Below are positions 31,783 to 45,326 of a stretch of 64,000 nucleotides of DNA, one piece after another; positions within the stretch are counted from its first letter, which is position 1, and each line of letters starts with the position of its first letter. A program made the position numbers and the translations under genes. The stretch covers positions 5,704,001 through 5,768,000 of the forward strand of contig NW_026889778.1 in the NCBI RefSeq assembly GCF_033153115.1, read 5' to 3'. This DNA comes from Saccostrea echinata. Its lineage: Eukaryota. The notes under the pieces are model-generated. The model did no database searches, was not told where the DNA came from, and was given only the letters and a program-made list of their open reading frames with translations.

Positions 31783-32934
31783 ATGACTGGAATAAAGATC
31801 TCACAGAACCTAGGGCTTATATGCTCATTTTTATGGTTCCTACCTCTTGTAGCAGCTTTCCAAACTGGTAATTATTGACCAAATTTAACATGAGTGTAAA
31901 GTATTTAACAGTAACTAAATTGTGTGTGTGAAGGGGGGGGGGGGGATACTGATAATGGTTATAGATTTTTTTTTTCATCTTTAATCCCTTGCACTAGGCT
32001 AAATTTTTGACATTGCTCTTAATAGTATACAATAAGGACAGATGATAAAAACCAACTTTTATCAAAAATCTTGAAAATAACAACTAAAGACTAAAGTCAT
32101 GTTTATATATGTTAAATGAATAAGTTTAACCGCATATATGTTTTTATTTTTCATTCAAAGTTTCACAATAATGTGATTTAAAGTGACAAAAAATTGTATA
32201 GATTAATATTAAGTATGGTCACAGAAAGGTGGGATTTTGAACATCATAGTAAGTTAAGAATTTCTTAATATTTTAAAAAATTATCATCTGCATCATTTAC
32301 AACCAAAAAGGTCCAAAAGTATATACCAATCCAAGTATCCATTTATTTGTCTGTATCATCTGTCCTTAAACCTATTAAATGTATTGAGAGATAAGATTCA
32401 TTGAGAGTTTGATCTCGTACATTTCAGAAACTGAGTTTGATCTCATACATTTCAGACCCCAGGGATTGGCCTACCTTGACAGCAGTGTCAGTAGTGGTGT
32501 CTGCTGTAATTATCTTGGTGCTTATTGTCGTTCTTATCCAGTGTGGAGGTTGCGTAGGAATGGAAGTGTCTTCCGAATCTCATCCCGCTGCCGGCACCAA
32601 CAAAGGACAGCACTACCCCTCCTCAGTCGTCACAGACGCAAACACCCAAGTTCTAATGTCTTCCCATACTCTCCCAGGAGATGACCCGTATCAACCAAAT
32701 AATGGGGGACAAGGCTTGCCATATTCACTTAACCCCACTGTTCCCAGTGCCCCAGGATTTACTGGTTATCAAAGCACACCTACTGCACAGCCTGCCCCAG
32801 GATGGGGACAAGGAGGGGGGCCAGGACAGGGTTATCAGTCCCCTGGCCCTGGAGCACACCGCCCAGCAATGGGAAGTGAACCCCCTCCCCCATCATACAA
32901 TGACAGTGTCCGGGGTAGTGATGCTTTGTGGTGA
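31783..32934 (+). CDS. Small type-I membrane protein: signal peptide, very short ectodomain, TM helix, Pro/Gly/Gln-rich tail with PPxY motif
   Basis: Exon 31783-31867 (MTGIKISQNLGLICSFLWFLPLVAAFQT, phase 1) joins exon 32456-32934 (DPRDWPTLTAVSVVVSAVIILVLIVVLIQCGGC...PPPPSYNDSVRGSDALW*). Confidence 0.75.
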
Positions 32935-34097
32935 ATTTATTTCTTCATTCTAGAATTTGCAAATTTCATTTTGTTCTTGTAGACTTAAGTATTACATTAA
33001 CCGATGTATGGATTTCAGCATGCATTAAATTGTTCTTAACATGCTGGGCATTAAAATGTACCTGTTTCTATATCATCATTGGCTTGTGGTAAACCATTTT
33101 GTAATGAACCAACTACGCTTGAAACTTTAACATCATCGGCTTTCGTTATGAAAAATACTGTTAAAGTACTTTTTCTGTGTGGAATTTATTTAAATGCTAT
33201 GTACATATTGACCAATTTTCAGTAGTAATTTGTCCCAGCATACTTCAAGTACATCCTAGGCATATAGTGGCAATCTATAAGAAATCAGAGCAATTTTCTA
33301 TCTGTGGATTGAACAAAAATTAATATGTTTTCTGAGAATTACTAGCATGACTAGAATGACCCCCATGGGAAAAAAGTATGTTTTCAGTAAGTGAAAATAC
33401 TGATCAAGGTAGTAGAGTACATATATATTTCTGAGATTGATGCATCTTTCAGAGGGGGTGTTAAACATTTTCCAGTTTGATTTGAACATATTTTATTGTA
33501 ATTTACTATTACAAAGGGATTGGGTACACATTTTAAAACTTATTACGCCCTCTCCTTTCCGATTGTAATATGTATGTCTGCCTATGGCTTTAAAATTAAG
33601 AAGGCAAGATGTGCTTATAAAGTACAGATATAAAGGACTTTATTAGGGTATCTGACCCGTTTCAAAATAACATGCGCTGCTATCTGTGATATTATCTTTG
33701 TAATATTTAACCATTGTTTACATGTGTGAGTTTTTGATTGATCTGTGACCGAAATAAAATATGTACTAGTTATTACTGACATAACATTTATGTGTAATGC
33801 ATAATGTGTAATGCATAATGTATGTTATTGTTTTTATATCCTTTCCTTGGTTGTTTATCTAAATAATACTTATAGGCTAGAAATTTTGTATGTGATTAAT
33901 TTTACAAGTTGTGACATTTTACCTACCATTTACAAAATAAATTCAAATGTACCAGGATTGATTAATAAAGTTTTAAATTAAGAATTTTATGTCCTCACTG
34001 AAATTTATTGGGATGGTTGTGACATACATGTATCATGGGCTACGCATCAAGACGCTGGTGCCCTGAAAGTTATAACAGGAAGAGGGGGGAATGCAAT

Positions 34098-34168
34098 GAG
34101 CCAGACCAGGATTCAAACCCTTGCCGCTGAACTTAGACAAGTGCTCTACTAGCTGAACTGTCTGGCCA
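34098..34168 (-). mobile_element. Degenerate tRNA-like SINE head
   Basis: Reverse strand GGCCAGACAGTTCAGCTAGTAGAGCAC...GGTTTGAATCCTGGTCTGGC: decayed A/B boxes, broken anticodon arm. Confidence 0.45.
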
Positions 34169-34587
34169 CTAGTGAACAAACATGGCTGCCCTCCACATCA
34201 TACCACCATGGCCATTTGGACTACATATCCACACCCGACAGGAAATCAAGTCATTTTCTATCTCATCAGTAATACGTTCAAAATAACCAGATTACCTTCA
34301 CACTACAGAGCTGCCAAGCCTTTCACTTTTGGCATGAGGCTTATGGATTGAGTGTCACAAATACACCTTGCACATAAAGTTTCTCTTTTCGTTCTTCTGA
34401 TTTCCATTTTTCTCAGTCAAAAGATTGAAATATACCAGAATTTTCGTAGCTGTCCACCTTCAGTTTTCACTATCGTAAAAAATCATAGTCTTAACTACAC
34501 TTGCTTGTATTGTCATTATCAGTTTCCATGCAAACTTGTACTATAAATCATTTTTGAATAAACAAAGTGCAAAAACCCATTCATTAG

Positions 34588-35168
34588 AACAAGAGGCCCA
34601 TGGGCCACAATGTTCACCTAAGTCACTATCATCCTTCTGTTTTTTCCCTAATTCCAATGTAAAACTTGAATCAGGTATTGTGACCTAACCCTAGGGGTAT
34701 TATTTGAACAAACTTGAATCTACACTACCTGTGGAAGCTTCCATATAAATATGACAATTTATGGCTTTGCTGTTCTTGAGTAGATTATAAAAAAAATTTC
34801 TGCTCATTGTGGCCTCCCCTTACCCCTTGTGGCCCCTCCCTACCCCTGATCTGTTTTGAACAAAACTGAATCTACACCATATCAGGAAGCCTTCACATAT
34901 AAGTTCCATCTTTTCTGGCCCATTAGCTCTTGAGAAGCTTTATAAATGACCCCACCCATTATTTCCTAATTATCTCCCCTTGAAAAAGGGTGTGGCCTTT
35001 CATTTGAACAAATTTATATCCCCATTACCCAAGGATACTATGTGTCAAGTTTGGTTGAACTTGGCCCAGTAATTCTGTAAAAGAAAATGAAAACATGAAA
35101 AGTTTTCTACGATGACGACAGACAACGGAAAAATTTTGATCAGGAAAGCTCACTTGAGCCTTCAGCAA
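34588..35168 (-). mobile_element. HINE element (reverse orientation)
   Basis: AACAAGAGGCCCATGGGCCAC at one end and AAAGCTCACTTGAGCC at the other; repeated TTTGAACAAACTTGAATCTACAC units. Confidence 0.7.
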
Positions 35169-35679
35169 AAAATCACCAGCAATCTGGTGTCTAAGAGGAC
35201 CCTGGACCCCCTCCTCATGATTTTTCATTTTATGATGCTGGCAGCTCTGGCATTGTTTTCAATATAAAATACTACCAAATGTTTATGTGAAATTTTAATT
35301 GCTTTAAGAATCACCGTCACAATTAAAGTGAAGGGTTTTATACAAATAATCTGAAAATTTATACAAAATTTTATACAATCAAACTGCATAATTTAAGTCT
35401 CATTTTAATGTCACTATATGAATGTAAGTATCTCTCATACTCCTTAGTTCACATAAACACATCAATCAAGTACAATCATAGTACAAAAAAAGTCATAATT
35501 AAGTAATATGTCCTTAAACATTAAGGACACAGCATGACTTAAACCAAGTTCATCTTTATGTATACAAAGAAAATACCACTGGTATGTACCTGAACATTTT
35601 TCAAATCGTAAAAAAATTTTTAACTGATTTTTGAAGAAAAAAAATCATAACTTAATTAAACTTGACTGTACCAACCCAG

Positions 35680-36170
35680 GGCACTGACCAATTCTACGGC
35701 AAACAGATTGGGGAATTATCCTCCTTATAGTAGTGTTATTGACTGGGTCATCTATTTTACATCAAGGTACTGAACTACTCTAGCAGATCTGGGAAAGACC
35801 CTCCCTATAGTAGCATTATGGATTGGGATGTCAGTTTTACCTCACAGCACTGACATATTCTACTACAAGTAGATCTGAGGAACACCCTCCCAATAGTAGT
35901 TTTACTTCATGGCACTTACCCATTCTAGCTGATCTAGGGAATACCCTACCTATAGCAGAGTTGACTTGGATATGTTTTACTTCATGGCAATGACCCAATC
36001 TAGCAGATCTTGGGAGGCTCCTACTTATTGTAGTATTACAGTTTATGGCACTGACCTACTACAAGCAGATCTGGGGAAGACCCGAGTTGTCTTCGATATC
36101 AGTTTTATAGCAGTGACCCATTCTACTGCAAACAGATCTAGGGAAGAGACCCTCCATAAAGCAATGTTAA
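35680..36170. repeat. Diverged ~60-75-bp tandem repeat downstream of the NRF1-like gene
   Basis: Recurring AGCAGATCT(G/A)GGGAA.ACCCTCC.TATAGTAG ... GCACTGACC. Confidence 0.7.
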
Positions 36171-36831
36171 GGGATCTGGCATCCATTTTACTTGGTGTAC
36201 AAAGTCTAAGATCTGGCATCCATTTTACTTGGTGTACAAATTCTAAGATCTTTGAAACTGAGGTAGTCAGTACATGCATTTTGTTATGGCAAACAGTGCT
36301 GATAAAATAAAAATTGTAATTGAACAAACTGTGTTGATCGTTACATTAAAATACATTATTATCACCCCTGGCCTGGGAACTGCAGTGCACAAATCTATTT
36401 AAACAGCAAAGAATTTATGTTGATTTGGTGAGGAAAAATGATTGCAGAGAACTCTAAGACTCATAAAACACAAAATTGAATCAATAAATAAATATACAGG
36501 AAATAGCATACAGAGATCTGGAACTGGTTTCTTAACCTATCCTGTATCAAACAGGATTTAATATATATACACAATTCATTTACACTCGAAACTTTCTAAT
36601 AAAACAAGTCTATTGAAACTGAATTGAAAATAAATAATTGCAATGAAAGGAATCATCTATCTGTCATAATTGGATATCAATTTTACAATACATTATTTAT
36701 GTACACTTTTTCAAAATACTTAGTGATGTGGTCACTAGTGACCAAAGAAGTATATTTCTTGTGCTTATCAAATCAAAATTAATGCCTTCTGGAAAACACA
36801 ATGAAAAACATAGACATGTAATTCCTTCTCT

Positions 36832-39800
36832 CTAGTCCTCATCATCAATTACAATAGCCTCCTCTGGCTTATTGCTGACTAACTTTAGGGGAGCTATAGC
36901 TATAGAAGGTCGCTGAAGGACGTTTGGTTTGGCAGGAGTGTTGGTAGTAGGTTTTGATTCTATTTGGACAGTCTCAAGAACCCCTGAAAATTGTTCCAGA
37001 ATGGGGTTTCGCATCACTTTCTTATCCAGAATGGATTTCATTGTTGGTACACTTTGACTGTTTGAGATTCGTAATGCTGAAGGGATACCCACTTGACCAA
37101 AACTAATGTTACGACTAGCTTGGGAAGACGGCTGTGGTTTTTGTGGCAGTTCTCTCATTGTGGTGGCTGCGGGAGGAGTAGGGTGGAGTTGCCGCTTTAC
37201 GGCATCTTGCTGAACCGCAGACGGGGAATCGTACTTAATTCCCATATAAGTAATCACACCTGTTCGTGGTTTTAATTGATTGTTTTTCATTATGGGACTG
37301 TTGCGGCCCACAAGGTTTTCACTGGACATTGATGTTGGTTTTAGGATACCTGTTCGAGATTGTGGAGTGCCCGGTTTGACTGTACGATTCATCTGAGGTG
37401 GACACTTCCTGGGTGACTCAGTCAGTTTTGACTGATCTGTTTCGTCGTCCGAGGAGTCAGACAACTCAATAATCTGAATGTCTTCATCCTCTTGGACAAC
37501 TTTCCTATATGGACTAAAACTCTGTTTCCTCTTTCTCTCCTGGGTTTTCTTTGGAACATAAATAACTTTCATGGTTTCAGTGCCGTCTGGATTAGTTACA
37601 ACCTTGGTGATCATATCATAATGCTGCATTGACTGACTTGTGCGAATTCTGTTAATATTTTCGTTGATCTGTTTAATTCTAGCACTCTTAGGCCCAAACA
37701 GTGGTTTACTGAGAATCTGTCGGAGATGGGAATCTACTTTTGTGGCAGTCTGGTTGTTCATTGAGTATCGAGGCACAAATACTGGCTTTGTTACCGGTTT
37801 TGTTATTGGTTTTGGCTTGGGTCGGCACCATTCTTTAATAATCTCTGGTTTCAGTCGTTGGAGTTTTACCGAACAGTCTTTGAGATGACACAGTAAATCT
37901 CGGCTTCGTTTGGTCAGGCCAGTTTTCTTTGTGATCATAAACTCTCTGCGCTGTTCAGAATTAAACTTGAATGTGTGCGTGTGTTTCGTGGAGAACTTTT
38001 TGCGTTTTTTGTACACAATTGGATAAGTCCTTTCGGAACGAAGTTTCTCCATGAACTGATTCTTGTCAGGTCCACCACAAAACTTTTCGTATTCTTTGAC
38101 CACAGGAATGGTTGAGTCAATCTTTAAGTGTTTTTTCACTCTATGTCCCAGAGCAGATGTAATGTCGATGCCAAACAAAAGAGAACTCTTTGAGATCTTC
38201 TTCTCCATCTCCTCTCCGCTCTCAGAATCACTAAACATCCCACTAAAACTGAGACATCGCCTTCTTGAGTGTGCTTCTGAGTCTCGACTGAGTTGAGACA
38301 TGAGTGATTTCGGTGTTCGAGGTGTACGGGGGGCCTCAGGAAATGACACCTCGATTATCTCACAATCGCTATCCACCTCCTTCTTTGGAGAAGCTTCCAA
38401 TGATTTTTCAGCATCTGGTTTTTTCACCAAGTCTAAGAGTCCAATGAACACAGATTTTTCTGGTCGTCTATTTATGTCTAAATATCGAATTCTCCTTCTC
38501 CTTTTGCGATATCTCAAAAAGTTTCTGTTTTCCTGAAATCATAAGGTTAAAAAAAAATTTGCTATCACTCAAAGATTACCAAACATAATATGTGTAACTT
38601 AAGCAATAAACAAATTATTTTACATCCATCAATATGCATATTTTTTTTCAAAAATTCATCTCTTCGCAAATGTCGAAACAAGAAGTCTGTTATGACAGTG
38701 TAGCTCCACTTGATGAATTTAATGGTTTAAGGATATCCGATCCTCAGCCAGGAAGGATAACTCCTCTTAAAATTATTATTTAATTTTAAAAGTCTCAAAA
38801 TAAAGCTTGAAATTGTAATATTTTTGTGCAACAATTTTCATTTCATGTATTTCAGTATGATTCAAGGTTCTTTGAAGTCTTAGAAACGGTCTTGTAAAGA
38901 ATTGACATTTGTACCCCCATGAATTTCAAAGATAATGCATTTTTATAAAAATAGAATTTCCTTTAATCTAGCCTTAGATGCCAATGTTTATTAGCTTGAT
39001 ATGAAATAAGAAGTGATTTGTGATGTCTTACAATGATAATATAATCATTTTACACTATGTATTTTATATCAGTTGCTCTAATTAGAAGAACTAAAGTACT
39101 AAATAAGTATGAAAAACATGCAATCTTCTCCCTATGCCTGGATACCTATAATTTTTAATCACAAAATATATTTGTTGATCAATTTTCTTTCAGAAAATGC
39201 ATAGTGGGTACTTTGATTGGCATTTCCTGAAAATATAGTGTTTGAAATTTAATAATTGTCCCTATATAATATGATTAATGATGAACTTTGAAGAAATACC
39301 TTGGGTAAATACACATTAAGTATTTTGAGAATTCAGAGACCTTTTTGTAAGCATTTTCAATTACTCAACTCTCGATTTTCAGAACCTGAGGATCGGACTA
39401 CCTTAAATTAAGACTTATTCATTTTGAAAAAATCCATGCAATCAAGATATCAATGTTTTGAGATACTGAAGTTCAATTGTATTTATGGTATACAGATATT
39501 CAATCCACAAACATTTTTTTCAGCTCTTCTGTTACTTGGTTTTGGTTTTAATCCACATAATTCAAATTCTTAAAGCAATAGAACCGACGCTGAAAAAAAT
39601 ATACCTTTACTTCAATTTTCAGTAACAGTTCTTGCTGCCTTTGGATTTCCAGAATACGTTGTCGGGCCTCCTGAATTTCAGCCTCTTTTTCACATTCCTC
39701 CTGGTGTTCCATCAGCACTTCCTGGTCTCGAAACTGTTTGGTACACAGGAAACAGATCCAGATGGGGGCATCATTAGCTGGGGATTCCCCCGTCTCAGCC

Positions 39801-42687
39801 GCTGTAATCATGGCAACAGAAATTTCTACTTACTGAACAAAAACTCTGCAGTAAATCATAGTTGTTATAATTTTCTTGATAGATTTTTTTTTTTACTTCT
39901 GTGATATTTCTAGACACAATCACTGTACAGTCGCAGATAATTACAGTAAAACTCAGTTATAAAAAACTCCTTTAAAAAGAAAGCTTGGTTCTAAGGAATT
40001 TTTTTATGAATCCTGTATTTGGCTGTGCCTTTATTACCTGAGCCCTGTGTAGGGGGAGCATCAGTTACACCCCCCTCCCACTTTGAGTCCTCTGGCCGGG
40101 TCTCTGTTGGTTGATTTTCTTCCTGTTCTGTCTCCATGACATCCACCTGTAAATCTGATTCATTCAGAAGCTTTTCTTGACCTAGATGTTTATAGCAGGA
40201 GCGTACCACCTTTCTCAACAGCTCCAACTGGTCCTACATAATGGTGAATGAAGAAATACCATAACCATTTTAAAAGACTTTTGTGAACAGAAAGTAACAG
40301 AAATATTATGCTGCTATGTGTTGATTTAAATTAATCTATAATTTTCCTCAATGTAATATTTCAGCTATTCTCTGTGTAAAATTTGAATTCCATGGTTCTC
40401 TAAAGATAGGAATCAGCTCTTCTCCATAAAAATATCTACTGTAGATTACTAAATTTTTTGCGACATCTTATTTTCATGAGATAGATATTCGATATTTAAA
40501 AGCAAGACAAAACTTTCGCACACTGTGGTTTCTGTTGTATATAATCCTTAACAAAACAAACAGATGCAAGAATAAAATTTTCGCAAGCAGACAGACTCGC
40601 CATAATTACGCGAAAATAAAGTTCTAGCTAACAAAAAGTGATTTACAATATGCATATTCTGCACATATGAAACAGTGAAGATAAGTGAGAACAAAGACTG
40701 GATTTTAGGCATCAACACAACCACAAATGTACTTGCCCCTAGTTCTTACCTCCTGTGGATTTTCCTCTAAGCCTGGATCCACCCACGGGGTTTCACTGGG
40801 CCACCACTCCGGCTTGAACTGGTTTTGACCAAACAAGGGCAGTTCTCTCCCAGTGGAAAGCTGCACTAAGTTAGGAATGACCTCCGTTAACTGGACCTGA
40901 GTATCAAAATCAAAGATTAAAAGATTCACAAAGCTAGAAACAGCTATAAAAAAAATCTAAAGATCCTGGAAGGGGGGGGGAGAGAATCCCCATGAAACCC
41001 TCCTTCCCTTCTAGATCTGTGCATGCTTATCGTTTCCATCTCAGGACTGTACACTGTATTTTTTCTCACTTGTCCAGTCGGATAAGTGACTGGGAAATTT
41101 ACTTGTCCAAACATTAATTTTTAACCTTGAAATTGAAATTTTTTCAAAAAAGAACTATTTGACAACTTGAAAAATAGAATCTATAATATAGTCACTGATT
41201 TTTAACACATATAGCAAATTATGAAGCTAAAATGTATCATCCTTTCTAAGATGTTCTAACAAAAGAAATTGATAATAGAAAAATAGCAACAAGAAATAGG
41301 TTCAACAATAAACGTTTATTTGCCTTTTTCTCCAACACTTTTTATTAACGTCATTGTTTTCTTTAGTTATTGAAAATGTAAACCCAAACTTCATCAGATC
41401 CATGCAACTAATAAAAGTTCAAAACTAAAAGTAATGCCTCCATTAAGAACTTCAATCTCAACAGGGATAGACATTAAGTTTCAGATCCACTTGCCCTTCG
41501 GCCAAGTGATCTTAGACTTTGACTTGTCCGAATGCTAAACTTGGTTGCCCAAAATTAGGAAAGAAATTAAGAAGAAAGTTATTAATTTCTGTAGACGTTA
41601 CGATATTAAGAAAAAATCTGACCAAATACACAACTGTCAATTTGGCAAGTTGAGCTACCTGAAAAAAAATTTCGATGCTGCATTTGTACATAAATGTATA
41701 CCGCTGTACTTGCAAAATTTAACCTGTTAACACGTACTGCCATGCAGCATTAACCCTCCATTTCCTTTTAATAAAATTAATATTTTATTAAAAAATTATT
41801 TTCGGTAGGATCCTTTCGTGATTCGTTATTTTCAGAGGTAACTGTGAAGCAACGCTTAAGGAAGATAGTTGCTACGAAACATACATCTTATCTTGATCAG
41901 GATACATCGTGTTATACTGTACTTATATATTCTGTGCGTAAATAAATAATCTAATTTCCTAATTAGAAGTTAATAAAATTTTGTTAGACATAGAGCATAT
42001 TTATTACGAAAGAAAATAACGAACCCGATTTTTAAATGAACGGTATAATCCAGAAACGCTTCCATGGAATTTCAAATGCAAAAACATTGTCAGTCAGGTG
42101 CGTGACGGAAATCAGGTGTTCAATTTATTGTTTTATTTATTAATTAATGTAAACTAAATCAATATGTACATTAAAATGTATGAGAACAATTCACTTGCCC
42201 GATCGGACAAGTACGACGTCTACAAGTTCACTTGCCCGAACTGAGAATTTACTTGTCCCGGGCAATCGGACAACCGTTAATGTCAATCCCTGTCTCAATC
42301 AAGTTTGATGACCGGGATCAAAAATCAATATTATGATTGGGATCAAAGCTACTAACACACTGCATGCTTTTAATTAAAAGTTGATAAAAAGTTTTAGTTT
42401 TCTTCATTTTCAACTTTAAAAAAAATTCTTCACAGAAAAATCACTTGTCCAATCAGAAAAGTGCTCAGCAATATTCATTTGTCCATGAAAAATTTCCACT
42501 GGTACTAGACATGTGGATAAAAACATCAAGCCTTGAACCTTTGATTATCTAGAAGAAACCAATACTTCCACCCAAGACAATTTTTTTAGACAAACAATAC
42601 CTGTGTCATTGTATCCACCTCCAAGGAAGGTAACTCTGCTGTCAACATCTTGTTGACTCCCTGCTGTCCTTCAACTTGTACTACCAT
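36832..42687 (-). CDS. Uncharacterised nuclear protein with NRF1/EWG-like domain, C2HC-like zinc finger and SUMO-interacting motifs (~780 aa)
   Basis: Exons 42687-42601, 40896-40750, 40233-40038, 39825-39605, 38532-36832 join in frame. LPSLEVDTMTQ|VQLTEVIPNLVQLSTGRELPLFGQNQFKPEWWPSETPW...LRKVVRSCYKHLGQEKLL parallels the NRF1 core. WICFLCTKQF...HQEEC finger follows. An acceptor at 42695-42697 implies a further upstream exon. Confidence 0.8.
38731..39402. mobile_element. Kolobok-like MITE
   Basis: TTAA|GGATATCCGATCCTCAG ... CTGAGGATCGGACTACC|TTAA. Confidence 0.75.
41042..42292. mobile_element. hAT-like non-autonomous element
   Basis: Clustered CACTTGTCC/CGGACAAG subterminal motifs at both ends; right end GTTAATGTCAATCCCTG, left end decayed. 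Confidence 0.55.
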
Positions 42688-42695
42688 GCCTCCTC

Positions 42696-43190
42696 TATAC
42701 ATCAGTAGTCATCATGTCTACAAATACATAAATCAGTAGTCACATGTCTACAAATACATAAATCAGTAGTCATCATGTCTACAAATACATACATCAATAG
42801 TCATCATGTCTACAAATACATAAATCAGTACTCATCATGTCTGTCTACAAATACATACATCACTAGTCATCATGTATGTCTACAAATACATACATCAGTA
42901 GTCATCATGTTTGTCTACAAATACATACTTCAGTAGTTATCATGTCTGTCTACAAATACATACATCAGTACTCATCATGTCTGTCTACAAATACATCAGT
43001 ACTCATCATGTCTGTCTACAAATACATCAGTACTCAACGTGTCTGTCTACAAATACATACATCAGTACTCATCATGTCTGTCTAGAAATACAAACATCAG
43101 TACTCATCATGTCTGTCTACAAATACATACATCAGTAATCATCGTGTCTGTCTACAAATACATCAGTACTTATCATGTCTGTCTACAAAT
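42696..43190. repeat. Minisatellite, ~30-35-bp unit
   Basis: Roughly 15 copies of ATCAGTACTCATCATGTCTGTCTACAAATACATAC. Confidence 0.9.
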
Positions 43191-43302
43191 TAATACATAA
43201 AATCCTTACTGACCAACAAAGTTGACTTTTCAATACAAGATAATAATAAAAGAACTATGCATGCTGATTCTCGATTCCTGCCTACATTTTACATCCATTT
43301 AA

Positions 43303-44284
43303 GGAGGCTCATTACACCCACAGTTTATTTTAGATTTCATTACAGGGCCACTTAATATTAAGATTTCAAATATCCAAATGGAGGTTATAATACAATATTT
43401 TAAATATTTTTTAAAGATTTTTTAATCGTTTTTTTCTGATTTTGGTTATGTTTTATTTCAAGTTTCTGAATGATAGTATTGCAGGAATCTCAATGTCAAG
43501 TGAGGGATATCATCTTCAGATATGTAAGCAATAACACTTCATAATATTCAATATTATTTTTTATTAGAAAAAAAAATTTTCTCCCAAAAAAGAATTAATG
43601 TGATTTTCTTCTTAATCTTTGCATGAATTATTTAGAAAATCAGTTATAAATAGACAAGGAAAGTATATTGATGAATAACAAGTAACAAATTGAATGAAAA
43701 ATGTTTTAAGGAAATGAAAATTCCAATCTAAAAAATAATTGGAATAAAAAGTCCACTTGCAAGAGTTATCTTTCTTAAATCCGAACTCAAAACACTTAGG
43801 AATGGTTGAACATATCAGATTCAGAATAAGCTTAAATTTCTAGAATAAATATACATTTTTGAAAGAAATAAAGACAAGCACACAAACCAACAAGAGTAGA
43901 GTACTCTAAAAGCTCAAGTCAATTATAATTTATTTCAACGAGGTTGTAGATTTCAACTCGAATTTCCTCTAAACGTGTATGTCAGTGGTGGAACTTGCTG
44001 CTTTCACCATGACATTGTACACTACTTGGGTAGCAAAGATTTTACTGTCATTCTCATTGGTCTCTACTTAAAAATAACCCTTCTTCGTTTGTGATGTATA
44101 ATGAATCTGTTACCTTGTTCTCATTGTTTACAACATCGCATGTAGTCTATTTTTAGAGCGTTTTAAAGATTTAGATCATCAGCAAAGCGAACCTGTACAA
44201 TTCGTCCGGGCCAGGAGAAAACGGACGAAAAAAAGGTTTATTTTTCTGTGTAGTATGTCATCAAAAGTGGTGTAATGAGCCTCC
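43303..44284. mobile_element. Kolobok-like MITE
   Basis: TTAA|GGAGGCTCATTACACC ... GGTGTAATGAGCCTCC|ATAA. Confidence 0.75.
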
Positions 44285-45326
44285 ATAAAAATTTGCACTA
44301 TTCAGACTCCGTCATGGAAGTACTACTATCACATAAAAATTTTACGCGACAGTCTTGACTGCATGCGTCTGACCTTAAACCTTCCAGTGTATGAAGTTGT
44401 GGATCTAAGTGTATATAAAGGTTTTTGATGTTATCCACTGATAAATACAATTGCACTCCACCAAACCATCAAATCATCAAACATAATATTTTGATCAATT
44501 TATATAGTTATACACATCAAAACAACTAGGCACTTCTTTTTATCTCCTTAACATCTGCAGTTTTCAGTAATGTAAATGTTTTTGTCCATAATATAACCTC
44601 TTTGGACTGTGCAGTCTATGCAAAAGTCACCGGACCGTTGGTTTTTACCGGTAAAATTTGGTTTGGGTCGGTAAAAAAATTCAGGATACAGGACCAATTG
44701 TACGATGAAAAATTAAGGCCTAAAAATCTGAATTTACATGTACATATGGTCTTATTCTCCACACATATCCTTTATTTGATCCATTTAGCAGTAATACATG
44801 ATTAATTTTAATCTAGAAGAATCATGTCATGATCGTTTATTTTTAACTCGAATTTCCTCTGTCATGGAATATAGATCTATAGATAGCTCATACGCAGATT
44901 CGGTTGGGTGAAATTATTTTCATTATTAAACTAAAGTTACCGTAATGAGTTACCTTAGGAAAGAAATACATAAATTTTAAAGTGCATTTTAATTTTTGAA
45001 AAAAAATCTTTGACAATGTGTATTTTGTTTGTTTGTGTCAAATAACCAGAAAAAGAGAAAATTGTATGGAATTGTATATTACCTTTAAAAAAGGAAAACT
45101 ATTAATAGTAACCTTGTTCATTTCAATAAAATAATTTTTTATAATCTCAAATCTGGATCTATTTGAGGTTCAATTTAACAGTGAGAATCCCCCCTCCTTT
45201 TTTCAATCTCTGTGTCATAATGATGTTTGATTGAATTTAAAGAAAAGAGTTCGGTCTGGTAAGTAATTGCTTGGTCTGGTAAAATATATAATTTTACCAG
45301 ACCTTATGTCCTGTAAAAATTTTAGA

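Noticed and set aside
42696-43190. CRISPR-like periodicity, and the ORFs at 42876-43138
   Set aside because: No unique spacers, eukaryotic context; a plain minisatellite.
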